From the NCBI RefSeq assembly GCF_024521635.1, contig NW_026250410.1:310001-374000 (forward strand): a stretch of 64,000 nt of DNA. The letters are read 5' to 3'. Positions 1-11,746 of this stretch are shown in pieces (the stretch's first letter is position 1; each line of letters starts with the position of its first letter). Below the pieces are notes generated by a model that searched no databases, was not told the origin of the DNA, and saw only the letters and a program-made list of their open reading frames with translations. A program made the position numbers and the translations under genes. The stretch is from Tricharina praecox (taxonomy: Eukaryota).

Positions 1-1
1 C

Positions 2-1555
2 GGGTATGATGGCGTCTCCACCGCGGACTTTGAGAATAGCAGGATCACGGAGGTGGATGAGGAGGCGGAGGATACGGACATGGGCAATACGACAAAGGAG
101 GTAGAAGGACATGATGTTTCCTTCCGCTTTACCTCTCGCTCCAATGACAAATCCCCCTCAAAACCCTCCGATGACAGCTTCCTCCCCGACCCCCCAGAAA
201 CGAGCATGACACTGGAGCCGTTCACAATCTTCCGCAAGAGGGTACAAGGCTTCATGCGGCGCACCGGAAAAGCTTACACGGCGGACTACGTCGAGGACTT
301 TGGCGTCTCGAGCCACCGCATCATCGCCATCCACCACAAGAAGAAGCCGAGGTCATCCAAGAGCCTGCCATCGCAGATCCTCCGGATCCCCCGCAAGACG
401 AAGCTGTGGACCGACGAGCAGGGAATAAACGTCAACATCCACCACCACGTAGCGGTGAAGGCGTACATCCGGCGGCTGAACTTGACCGCGGGACCGCCAG
501 CGTGGCTGGCGTACGATGCCACCGCCGAGAACGAGCTCGGCTGCGGTTACATACTCGAGGCATTCTGCAAAGACGGTGTTTTGCGGGACCAGATGTGGTG
601 CCGCGACATCGAGACCAAGCTCGACATCTGCGAGCAGGTGATCAACATTCTCACGGAGCAGGGAAAGATCGTGTTCCCCGAAGCGGGAAAGCTGGTGTCT
701 GCATGGAAACTCGCCGACCGCCACAGCGACTACATCAGCGGCATCCAAAACCCGCAGGAACTCTCGACCTCCGTCAAAATCGAAGGCCTGGGGATCGGCG
801 TGCGCATCGCCCCGCAGAAAATCCTCGCCGGCGTCATAAAGGAATTCATCAAAGCGTGGCCCCTCCGCGAAAACATCTGGTTCCTGACCTCTTTCGAACA
901 CATGTGGGAGAAGCTCCGGGTCGTGGCCTTTGAGATGAACCGGCTGCGGTTCTTCGACGACGAGGATAACTACGATTCCGGCGTCTGGAGCCAGGAGGTC
1001 GCGGCGCTGAGCCATGTTCTCTACCACGGTGATCTGGATCCACGGAATCTGGCGGTAACTTCATCCGGGCCTGGGGACAGGATCGTGATCACCGAGATGC
1101 TCGATTGGGACGATACCGTTGCCGTCCCGGCCGTCATCGCGCGAAGGCCGCCGGTGTGGTTGTGGTGTCCCGATATCAGTAACCTGGAACCGAATTGGGA
1201 CGGGGACTACGATACGCTCAAGAAGGAGCCGCCGCTCACTGAGGATGGAAAGAGGGTCAAGGCTTTGTTCTTCAGGAAGATGGAGTATCAGTTCCCCGGG
1301 TATACGAGAGATTGCTATAATCCGAGGAAGCGCTGGACGAGAAGAATCTGGGAGATTGTGAGATATGGGTTCTTTTTGGGAAAGCATTTGGCGAGGTGTG
1401 AGAAGTTCCTTGCGGACTGGGAGGAGTGGAAGCAGGAATATTGTCCATTAGGTGTGCCGAAAATTGAGGATGATAAGACGAGGGAGAGCTTTTGGACGGA
1501 GGAGGATTATGACTTTTCTCAGTTGGAAAAGTTAGCGGAGATGCAATTGTTTTAG
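2..1555 (+). CDS. Aminoglycoside-phosphotransferase/choline-kinase-like (APH family) protein, probably 5'-truncated by the window edge
   Basis: Frame is open from base 2 (first in-frame ATG at 80) to TAG 1555. Brenner-type motif HGDLDPRNL followed by LDWDD, then PPVWLW, as in fungal APH-like kinases. No intron needed. Confidence 0.7.
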   Translation, partial: GYDGVSTADFENSRITEVDEEAEDTDMGNTTKEVEGHDVSFRFTSRSNDKSPSKPSDDSFLPDPPETSMTLEPFTIFRKRVQGFMRRTGKAYTADYVEDFGVSSHRIIAIHHKKKPRSSKSLPSQILRIPRKTKLWTDEQGINVNIHHHVAVKAYIRRLNLTAGPPAWLAYDATAENELGCGYILEAFCKDGVLRDQMWCRDIETKLDICEQVINILTEQGKIVFPEAGKLVSAWKLADRHSDYISGIQNPQELSTSVKIEGLGIGVRIAPQKILAGVIKEFIKAWPLRENIWFLTSFEHMWEKLRVVAFEMNRLRFFDDEDNYDSGVWSQEVAALSHVLYHGDLDPRNLAVTSSGPGDRIVITEMLDWDDTVAVPAVIARRPPVWLWCPDISNLEPNWDGDYDTLKKEPPLTEDGKRVKALFFRKMEYQFPGYTRDCYNPRKRWTRRIWEIVRYGFFLGKHLARCEKFLADWEEWKQEYCPLGVPKIEDDKTRESFWTEEDYDFSQLEKLAEMQLF

Positions 1556-1682
1556 TCTGGATAATTGGGATATTTGTTTGATGCATTCCTTCTTTGTTTC
1601 GTCACGGAATGAAAGTACATGCGAAATTAGACCCAATCATGATGTGAAACTCGACCATTAGTCCAGAACCTTCATCGTCAAC

Positions 1683-2695
1683 TCAAGCCTTCTTCAAATC
1701 CAGAACCATATCCGCCACCTGGACCTGATCCCCTTTCACCACACCCGCCTTCTTCAGAATGCCTAGGGTCTTTTCGACAACCTCCTTCTCAACAACCCCA
1801 CAATCCTTGGAAAACTTGACCGTCTTCAACCACTCCCTCGCATCCTCCTCCGAGTAATCCAGATTACCCGCGATCCACTTTACTGCCTCAGCCAGGTGCT
1901 CATTGAAATACTTCACACCCTCGTTGACAGCCTCGGCAAACGCAGCCACAGCCTCTGTCTTCTGCGAGGAGTGCGCTACAATATGCCAGGACGGCCACGG
2001 CGTGTAGATCTCGCCGATCCTTCGAATTTCCTGGGTATCATAGTATTTCCTATGTACTGCTATCAGTTTCTCCCCTTTACGATTCTTTCTCCCTCCCTCT
2101 GAGGGGAACTTACTTGCTCGTGAAATGTTCCCACATGAACGCATCCGCCTCCTTCCCCTCCTTATGATTCACCGCGTCGCGCAGGTTCTTGAAGTTATCC
2201 AACACGACCCAGTCAAACGGCTCCTCGCCCGGCTTCAACCAGCCGTTCTGGTCCGCCAGCACATATCCCATGACATAGCTGCCGCTGCCGAACCTACTGA
2301 TGCCGAGCTTCTTCTTTCCCTGCAGATCGCTGGCAGAGGCCATTTCTGCGCGCTCGCCCCCGGTCGATATCGCCCAGCACAGCGGCGTGTCGACGTACTT
2401 GCCCGCGAGACGGAAGGCGCTCTGCCCATTGCCGAGCGAGGCGATCCAGCCCTCGGTCAGCCCGATCGCTAGGTCGAGCTCTCCCGACTCGAGGGATTTG
2501 ATCATCGCGCCGGTACCGGAGGGGTAGGGCAGGAGATCGACATTGAGAGAGCGGCTGGTGAAGAAACCGTGCGTTTGGGCGAAGTGCAGCGGCGTCGAGA
2601 AGTGCTCTGTGGCTGTTAATTACCGAAGAGATCATGGAGAGAGCTGAGAACTTACCGGGGACGTAGCCCACGCGTAGAGAAGTCTGGGTAGACAT
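1683..2695 (-). CDS. Periplasmic-binding-protein type II (NMT1/SsuA-like, Ca3427-like) protein, 3 exons
   Basis: Spliced product MSTQTSLRVGYVPEHFSTPLHFA...GTGAMIKSL...DLAIGLTEGW...GISRFGSGS...DAFMWEHFTSKKYYD...GEIYTPWPSW. GT-AG introns 2655-2607 and 2113-2050 restore the frame. Confidence 0.8.
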
Positions 2696-2892
2696 TGCGG
2701 ATTGAGCTTTGGTGGAGGCTGTGGTGATAGAGTGCGTCGAAGCTTAGGAGGGGCAGTTCGATGGTGGGGCTGTTGGTGTGGGTAAACGGACAGGGATGAC
2801 ATCATGAGCGGGAGCCCGCGTTCTAGAATTCGGCGCGTCTGCTTTAGAGTATCTACAGCTACAGATCTCATCTACACCTCTCTCTCTACCCT

Positions 2893-3532
2893 TCAAGCGT
2901 CATTCGCAGCCTCCTTCACAACCTCCTTTGCCCGCTGTTTACTCGCGAAATACTGACCACCGCCGACCACCGCCGCAGCTCCCACCGCAGCCACAGCCAA
3001 TGCCCTCCACCGTCGCGCGCCCACAACCCTCAACGGCTCGACCACCTTCCTCGCAAACCACGGCGCAGCAGCCACACTCGCCGCAACCCTGACGGGCATG
3101 AGAACCTTGACTACAGCATACGCAGTTCCAACTCTATGTGCCCATTAGCCGCGTCGCCCTCTACCTAGCCATCAATCCCACTTACTCCAGCAGAACCCTC
3201 GCGCCACTCTCGCCATTAAACCAGCCATACCCCTTCCTCTCGCTCCACCGGCGGAGACTGGCCATCTTCTCCTCGATCAGGTCCTGCGGGATCCCCGGTG
3301 GCGTCCACGAAGTCGCGTGCATGTACCAGAACAGCCCGCCGACTGGAATTATCGCCGTGAGCTCGTGCAGGATCAGGAAGCTCGTTAGGTATGAGACGGG
3401 TTTGTTCGCGAAGAGCTTGGCGTAGCGGCGGAGGGAGGGTGGGAGCTTGTGCGCTGGAGGAGGCGGAGGCGCTGGGGAGGCGCTCGAGAACCGCCGGTGT
3501 AAAGGACGCGTGAAGAGATCAGGGCGGAACAT
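2893..3532 (-). CDS. MRX11: FLILHELTA-family mitochondrial protein (MRX11-like), 2 exons
   Basis: Contains the literal FLILHELTA motif, an Arg/Ser-rich mitochondrial-presequence-like N-terminus and AYAVVKVLMPVRVAAS. Intron 3185-3134 (GTAAGT...GCTAAT...TAG). Confidence 0.8.
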
Positions 3533-5320
3533 GATGTGGTATTGTGGTGGTGACGGTGGTGGTGGAGTTGGACACCTATGTATCGGTAGTAGGTACTTGG
3601 GCGACGTCTATATATGCAGGTTAGATGCATGGTACCATTGGTACTATTCCCGCTTCACCAGGCTCACGTTACCACTCACCAATTTGCAATTAGAGCATCT
3701 GAGGCGGGACAACATCTGGCCGTTATTTTCCATTTTAGATAGATGGACTTGCACTCACTACTACTGCTCTGGATGTTTCCAATCCCCATCGTCACCGTCC
3801 TCGCTCTCGTGCCGTGAGCGATCAATTCCATTGACACACCTACACAGAAGTGAACATTCTAGTGTAGCAGTGCCTACCATAACCGAGAATCAGAAATAAC
3901 TCGTCGTAGAAAATAGGAAACGACACAAAGATCCGGCTCGCCTAGCAATCCCCCTAGGCCCGGTAAACAGAAGATTTAGATACTCCCTTGAAGCCCCTCC
4001 TCGTCTCCAGAGTCCACCTACCGGAGCAGAACCTTACTTCTCCACCACCGCATCGCGAACCATGTGACCATGTCCGCCACACTCAGAAGTTAACCCAAAC
4101 GCCAGTGGCCTAGGTAGTGCACCAACGTCGTCAGTGGTCACAAGTTTTGCGGCGGTCCGGCGGCTCAGCGCGGCAGTTCGTCAACCTCTGCCCTCGGGTG
4201 GTCCACAAGGAACGAGTAATAACAGCATGCGAGCTGGCCAAAAGTCAAATCGAATGATGATGGTATGTACCAAGCACAGCCAATAAGTCGTGCCTCACCA
4301 CCATTACTACTCATAAGCGCAAGGTGAAGCACCACTTACCCTTACACTCGAGTACTCTACATTGAGTGATATCAAAAGCATGCAGATGAGTTCAACGCTA
4401 GCTGGTGGTATTCGAGCCTCACGAGAATCAATGCATTTGTATTTTGAACTGTCATTCTATCTGCGCCGGCCAAATATCTCCTATCACTCGCAATTTAGTC
4501 TCGCCGTAGTTGCCTCTCAACTTTAACTTCTTTCCTCACGCACTAGGCCCCCCCTTGGCCAATAGGTGGTTAACTTTCACTTTATCACAATTCAGCTATG
4601 TAGGTATTTATTTTCACTTTCTCACAATTCAGCCATCCACTCCACTCGTGACTCCACCGCACACAAGTGCAACGATTATCGAGCTGCCAATTTAAAATGC
4701 GCTGGTTTGTTGAGTCCCCTCGCTTCCAGATCACACATGGGACCACTCTCGTCCGCACCACGGGAAGCAACGAGATCATCGCTCAACGGCCGGAAGGAAA
4801 ACATGACGAGTTGTGCTTGCATGCATGAGAGACTTCTCGAATGTCGGGACGAGACACCACTAGAACTAGACCGTGGACCGAGCAATGCGCTGGAACTTAA
4901 GTAGTAGCGGGGGGAGGACCATGTCGTCGAGTCCTGACGTCCGCTCTCGATTTCTCCAGCTTCGATAAAACCGATAAAACCCCCAATTTGTTATAAATAA
5001 GTTTTGAAGTCACTAACCGGCTATATCGAATCCCCCCCTCCCCCGACCCCCCGTAACTACGTTCTCCCGTTTCCGTGCACGGTCCGACCCATACGCACGC
5101 AGCACGCGAATTGCAGGAGCGTTTCATGATGCGTGGCGGCTTGGCTCGAAATCTAACCCCCTATCACATCTTGTTCCTTCCGAAACGCGACGACGACGAA
5201 GGGACAGAAGAGAGTGCCAACAAAACAACAATTACACCCACAACAGCGAATAATCCCTCGTCGTGGAGCTTCTGGATAATCCACACTTTCGCCCACCCAC
5301 CTCCACTACCATCACCGAAG

Positions 5321-6870
5321 ATGCAGGACCTCATTACGATGACCGATTCCGAGTCCAACGGCCGGGAGCTGCAACAACAGCAACAACAACGCACGCACGT
5401 CCAATCCTCCTCCGTGGACGTATCTCGCACCCGTCCCACGTCCCTTCCGGCCACGCAGCACACCCGTGCATCCTCAATCGCCACGTCGTCACCCGCGGCA
5501 AACCGAAACCGGCTCTCGCTCTCGTTCCCGGTGCTACCGCCGGGATTCACTCCTCCGCCGCGCAACTACTCACCAGCCACGCTGTCGCCCTCGGGGCTGA
5601 TCACACCCCCGAACGGCGAGCTCGACCCGGCCGACTCCGCCGCGTTCCTGACCGCCCTCGCCGGCCAGGAGCGCAGGGTCCTCGAGCTCAAGGAGGAGCT
5701 GGCAAAAGCCGAGACGGAGCTCGGGAAGCTTAAGCGGCAATGGGCCACCCACGAGGCGAATAAATCACGCTACGAGATTTCGCGAAACTCCGGCTTGACG
5801 TCGCCTTCGCCGCGCGGGGATGTGTCCGGCTCCGCCTCGTCGCTGGCTTCGCCTACGAGTAGGGAGGAGTTTCAGCGCCGCCAGAGGGCCACGGCTACGG
5901 GGAGGAAGGTGCTGCCCAGCCAGCGCCATCAGCGCACGCTGTCGCTGCTGTCGCCGGAGCGACAGGAGTTCCGCCAGCCGTTTCCACGGCCGAAGGATGT
6001 GGACGATGCCTCTCCGAGGGAGAGGCACCTGATGAGTCCGCTGGAAATGAAGGAGAAAGAGGTGGTCAGGACACAGTCTATGGATCTCCCCACACGACCG
6101 GGGAGCCAAGAAGTCTTCATCAAGACGGGCCAGCAGATCGCCGCCGATTTCCGCGACGGCCTGTGGACCTTCCTCGAAGACCTGAAGCAAGCGGTCGGCG
6201 ACGACATCTCGCGTCCCGCGCCTCCTCCCTCGGCCCGTCCCACCGCAGTCCGCAAATCCTCCTCCAAGGCCTCTTTGCGAAAGGAAAAAACCGGGAGCGC
6301 AGCGCTACAGCGTCGTGCTTCCCGCGAAGGCGGCAAATCCTCCTCCTCCCGCAGGGGAAAGGAACGTGAAGCTCCAGCAGAAGAGTCGCTCATCGACTTT
6401 GGCGAGGACGAGCCCTCTTCCTGCTCAGAATCAAACTTCCGCTGGAGCACCGGCAGCACAGATAGCATCATCTCGCCGCCGTCGCGCGCCTCGACTCCTC
6501 GCACATCCACCAGGTCCGTCCCCGTATCCCCCAACCCATCCCCAATCCCCCAACCCATCCACCCATCCCGCTAACAACCCCCAGCTCCACAACCTCACAA
6601 TACAAGCCCACCGGCGTCTCCACCACCTCCACCACCCCACCCCTCTGGAACACTTTGTCCACAACGCCCTCACAATTCAAAAAGCACGCCAACGCGCTTC
6701 TCACGCAAGTGGAGAAATCCTTCGCAATCCCACAGGAAGGGGGCGAGACGACGCTAGCACGCAGCAACAGCACGGGCTGCGACCACCACCAGCAGATCCG
6801 ACGGCGCGAGGGGATACGCGCTCGCGCGGCCAGCAGGGACGGCGCTGGCGGCGGCGGCGGTGATGCATGA
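5321..6870 (+). CDS. Conserved fungal coiled-coil/low-complexity protein (DUF4048/Tda11-like), 2 exons; TGA stop in readthrough context
   Basis: ATG 5321 (further in-frame ATGs near 5126). Coiled coil FLTALAGQERRVLELKEELAKAETELGKLKRQW and block FIKTGQQIAADFRDGLWTFLEDLKQA. Intron 6514-6584 (GTCCGT...CTAAC...CAG) joins in frame to ORF 6655-6870. Confidence 0.7.
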
Positions 6871-7715
6871 CTAGCCCGCGCACTGCTGGGCGCGAAGGTG
6901 GCGGGCGTGGCCGCGGGAATGAGCTTGGGCGTGGGAATGGGCGTGTTGGTTGGCCTTAGGGTCGGCGGTGTGCTCGGGTTTGCTGGCGGCGTGCAGCATC
7001 ACTTCTATCACTTGGCGATGCCGAAGTTCTCCTCCAGGAGGTAGCGGGTGCTTGATGATACATATTGCTCCTTCCCCCTCCCCTCCCCCAGTTAATCTGA
7101 ATTTCCTTTCCTTCTGCTCATATACCAGTATTTTTCCCTTTTCCCTTTTTCCCTTCTTTCCTTTTCTTTCCTCTCCTAGTAACGCATTTCCTTATGTCCG
7201 GGGTGTTCTGTTCTATTCTATTTTCCTTATGTTTGGGGTGCTCTATTTTTTTTTCTCTTTTCTTTTCCTTTGATCGATGTTTCAACGATGACGAATTGTA
7301 TTATGTATATGCCACATTAGCCAGCCAAGTAGATAACTTAACTTAACTTATGACAGACAATGATAAGCCCGGGATGGGGTATGATTTCACAATATCCTGG
7401 GCTATGTAGGGTGGAGTGGACGGGCGAGAGTGATATCGCGTGATGTAGAGTAGGTACCTCGAGATTGCGAACGCAAATAACTTAGAGGCTGAAATTGAAG
7501 CTGGAATTCCGTTCCGTGGCGTGTAGATAAACAAGGGGAATCAAACCAAATCGGCACCATCGTAACTCGTAACCGCCAAAGAAGAAGCAGAAGAAGCAGA
7601 ATAAGCAGAACAGAAGCCTCAGGTACTCCATCCCATCCCACCCATCCCACCCAACCCATCCGATCCCATACCATCCCGCAAATCAAAGCAAATCAAGCAG
7701 ACCCACGCTATGATG

Positions 7716-7810
7716 CAAAGTAAACAAAGTAAACAAAGTAAACAAAGTAAACAAAGTAAACAAAGTAAACAAAGTAAACAAAGTAAACAAAGTAAACAAA
7801 GTAAACAAAG
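7716..7810. repeat. 9-bp tandem repeat (CAAAGTAAA) x ~10.5
   Basis: Directly visible perfect array between two convergent genes. Confidence 0.95.
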
Positions 7811-7884
7811 CAGACAAAACACGCAAATACGCAAATACGCATACACTTCCATCGCTCATCGCTCACCAGTGTCGCTAGATGATA

Positions 7885-9290
7885 TCACCACCCCGATCCC
7901 AAACCCGGCATACTCTTCCCCTTCCCCTTGCCCTTGCCCTTACCCCCCGCCCTCCCGCCCTCCAACACACCCCTCAACCTATCCTGTGCGCTTTCCGCAG
8001 CGGCTCCATCCCGCTTCCCACCGCCACCAAATAAGACGCTCCAGCTCCCACTATTCGTCCTTGTAGCCACCGTAGCCGGCTTGGTGAGCAAAATGTTATT
8101 CGTAGTAGTGCTGCTGTTGCCATTAGAGTGGGTGAGCGAGACTCCCGTGGCGGTCTGCGACGCGATGGGGAAGTAGGCGCCCTCGCCGGAGCCGGACGAG
8201 GAGGTGGAGTACCGCGAGGCGGGCGGGATGTCGGCGTTCGTTGGGAGGAGTGTCTTGAGGTGGAGATGCGGGGCCGGGAGTGCGTTCGTGCCGCTGCCGC
8301 CGCCCGAGAGGAGGATCTGGCTTGACGAGGAGAGGCGGCGGCGCAGGGGCGGGTATGTTGCTGCGGGGGTTGTAGTGGTGGCGGTGGTGGTGGTGGGCCG
8401 CCGCCCGCTTCCGAAACAGATATTCAGCTCAGCGGCTTTCCCCACCAGCAGCGTGTGCAGCTTTGGGAAGTGGTTGCGGCTCGCGCTGCTCTCTGGGCTG
8501 AGGCGCTCCTGCGGCGGCAGCATCTCGTCGATTGCTAAGAGTGTGGAGATTATCGAGGTGAGCACCGTGTGCGTCTCCTCGGCGGCTTCGGCAAGCGCGT
8601 CGACGTTCTTGAGCGTGGTGTTTTCGCTGGTGAGGCGGTCGGTGCGCGATTTTGTGGTGCGCAGAACGTGCGAGACTAGACCGTCGGTCATGAGAATGCG
8701 GGATTGCAGGCTGGTTTGCGTCGACGTCAGGGAGTCGACGGAGGCCTGGAGGGTGGTGCGGTAGGTTCCGCAGAGGGTGCCGAAGCTGGCGAGGGCGGTG
8801 TTGACTTGGAAGTGATGTGTCAGTCGGGGAATCGGAGAGCGGGAAGATAAGGCGGTATATACCCTCAGGCTCAACAGCCTTTAAAATCCCGTCCCATGAG
8901 AAGTCGTCGACGCTGGGTAATGGCGTATCCATCTCATCCTGTCTCACATTCTTCAGCATCCGGTCCCGCACACTGCTATAGTACACCCGCACACACCTCA
9001 TCAAAAACCTCATCCAGCAGGTCCTCTCTCGGCGGCGAATAGCTTTTGACGATCACGGGCTGGTCCCACTCGGAGCGAGTATGTCTGTGGCCGTACCGAT
9101 GCCTATTCTGCGTATTAACCGTGACAGACGCGCTCCTATGATGCTGTGGTGTTGTTGTTGTTGGCGCAAGCGATAGCAGCACGGCGGTGGGCAGCGAGTG
9201 GCGGCGACTGAGACGGAGGAGCGCCGTGTGGGCGGTTGAAACTCCTTCCAGGACTGAACTGGAGCTGGTGGTGGTGGTTGTAGAGGGCAT
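7885..9290 (-). CDS. BORCS5/Vab2-like coiled-coil protein (BLOC-1-related complex subunit candidate), 3 exons
   Basis: ATG 9290; introns 8996-8939 and 8862-8805. Helical core LPSVDDFSWDGILKAVEPEVNTAL...coiled coil...LLAIDEMLPPQERL resembles the BORCS5 C-terminal L..L..MLP..ERL motif (recalled). Confidence 0.55.
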
Positions 9291-10424
9291 GGCTGCGTGC
9301 GAGTGGGCTAGCAAATAGAGAGCGAGGAGCCCCCCTCTCGAGCTAGTTTATAAATGCCCACTCTACGAGACTTTACCCCAGCAGCCAGATGTCAGATGCG
9401 CGGGGGAGTGGGGGAGTGGGGGAGGTGTGGGAGCGAGCTTGGAGCTGTGTTGTTTGGTGCTCGCTGTGGACACTGGTGGTGATACAGAGGTAGGTAGGTA
9501 AGGTAGGTAAGGTAGGTCGACGTGGCATGCATACAATGCGATTGTGGAGAGCAGCTCGAACAAGCTGTGGTCCGTGCCCCTAGCTCTGGCGGGAAATGTA
9601 TTTGAGGCATGGTGAAGTTAGAACAACCAACCAAATCTCAATGCTGGGGATTTCTTCGATTTCGACATACACGCCGGTGTTCTCTGCGATTGCCAGCTAT
9701 GCGCCACGCCATCATCATGCAGGTACGTCCACAGCCCTATGGATGATAGCTAGGCGAATGATGGATGATGATTCACGGGTGGCAGGAACCGGTACATACG
9801 AACGACAACCACCACCACTGCATCGTTCTGCGCACTGACATCTAGAAGGGAGAAAGGCAGAGGGAACTGTACAAGGACAATTCTCTCGACCGAGGACCGA
9901 ACGAGAAGAAGAAAAAGAAGAAGCAGAAGAAAGAAAGAAAACGACACTACTGGTGAAGGAACAAAAAAAGCATGACAGGAAAAAAGCCATCGAACCACCA
10001 GTCCTCACGGACGTCATCAACCAATCAGAGGGCGGTCTCTTCCTCTCCAACTCCCGAAAAATGAGAACCTCCAGTGCCGACGCCAGGATCTTGGTAAGAA
10101 CCACAATGCAACCAACGACGACAACTCCTTCCTAAGCAATTAACTCCGATGGTATGACGCGCACGCAAAAAACAAACAACTGTTGCCGTCGGTCGAAAAA
10201 TACAGAAACATTCGGAAAACCACAACTGTTCTCACGTTAGTCCGGTTCGACTCGATCGAGGAAGGAAGCACTCACCTACGTCCGTCGGGTGTAGACCGAC
10301 AAACAAGTAAATGGGTGATCCGGCGCAGTAAGAATCTTGGACAGGTACACGACAGTAGTAACTCCCCATGACTTAAAATGAACCCAAACACCCATATCGT
10401 AGCATCGTCGGTATCCCAAACTCC

Positions 10425-11746
10425 CTAAGCAGAGATGTGTTCAGGAATCTCGTTAGTCATCTTCTCAACAGCCATCCACTGCCAGGCCAGGTATTTCCAG
10501 TTCATGTCAGGGCGCCAGAACAGGCCCAGTCCGAGTCCCTCGTCGATCTTGGCCACCAACGCTCCGGTATGGATCATCCTGTGCTGGAACACCACGAGGC
10601 CGATTCTGCTATGCAGCAGAGCCATGGCGCACATGACGCAGGGCTCGTGCGTGAGGTAGACGTGCATGTTGTGGCAGAGGTAGCTACTGTTGTCGCGGGT
10701 TCCTCCAACCTCAGCTGCGTTTTCAACTCCGTTGCGGCGCTGTCCGTCCAGAGTTTCCATCGACTCAGTGTTGAGATAGACGCGCTCAGTATCGGTCAAG
10801 GCGGTGATTGGGTTGTTTGGCGACACCACCTCTCCCCTCTTCAGCCTCTTCTGGGCCACCATTTCCACGAGTCTCTGCACCGCATGAGAGAGTGGGTTGC
10901 ACCAGCCCATATCACTCTTGCGGAGCCTGCCATCACCGGCAGCGGCGATAACATCACCGGTCTCCGGGTCGACGACCACACCACCGCACGCGTAACCGAC
11001 TCCAGCCTCTCCAACCTCCTGGGCAACCTTGCGGGCCAACGCCATGTACTCGTCCGCGCGGGTCAACTTGACAACCGTGTTCTCGACTAGGGCCGGATGG
11101 GGACCGAACGGATTTCCCCTCTTGTAAACGGTAGGCCAGTACTTCTTGCTCCAATCAGTGCACTGCTCCGGAGAAGTCGGCAAGTTGGCGGGGACCGTGA
11201 TCACGGAAACGACAGGCTTCGGGGTAATCGGACGGCCGTGCTTGCGCTGGAATGGCGACGTCTTCGCAACGATTTCGACGATCTGCTGGATAGAAGCCTT
11301 GTCGGTCTGGCAGATGAGGATGTAGAGCAGCGACTGCTCGGGCGGGAATCCCGGCGGCGGCAAATTTGCAGCCACATTGGGGGGCAGGTAGGCGGGCTTC
11401 GAGAGGCGGCGGAGGTGCTGAAGCTCATTGCCCGGAATGATTTCGCGAAGGGCGAGAAGGACTTCGTTCGCCGTCTTGGAGGGAATGGGGAGGATGTAGC
11501 AATTGACTGCCGTTGCGACGAGTTAGCTTCGTACTAAACACTGTCGATGTGCACCATCAGAGGAATATTCGTGTGTAACGCACTCGTCTGGAGGCCGGAG
11601 CGGATTTCGGCGCGCGTCTTGAGAGCGACCAGAACTCCTCTCGGGGGCGAAGGAGGCATTTTGCGGGCGGCTGCTCTGGTCTTTTTGTGAGGAAAGCCCG
11701 GCGGCAGGGCTGGCTCGATGTAGCGCTTGACGGTGCTGGACGGCAT
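10425..11746 (-). CDS. TAD3: tRNA-specific adenosine-34 deaminase non-catalytic subunit, 2 coding exons
   Basis: LQHLRRL, WSKKYWP, HAV (Val in place of catalytic Glu), YLC...VYLTHEPCVMCAMALLHSRI, LFWRPDMNW. Intron 11583-11507. Confidence 0.92.

Noticed and set aside
2607..2760. Possible TPP riboswitch in the NMT1-like PBP gene
   Set aside because: The intron is only about 49 nt and there is no TPP aptamer consensus on the coding strand; the protein is Ca3427-like rather than THI5.
5075..5320. In-frame N-terminal extension of the DUF4048-like ORF
   Set aside because: Reads like promoter/5'UTR sequence, and ATG 5321 has a good context (A at -3); cannot be supported without TSS data.
9995..10030. 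Minus-strand TGATGACGTCCGTGAGGAC resembling a hammerhead ribozyme core and stem II
   Set aside because: Lacks the CUGAUGA start, has an extra base, and is not followed by the essential GAAA; no stems I/III found.
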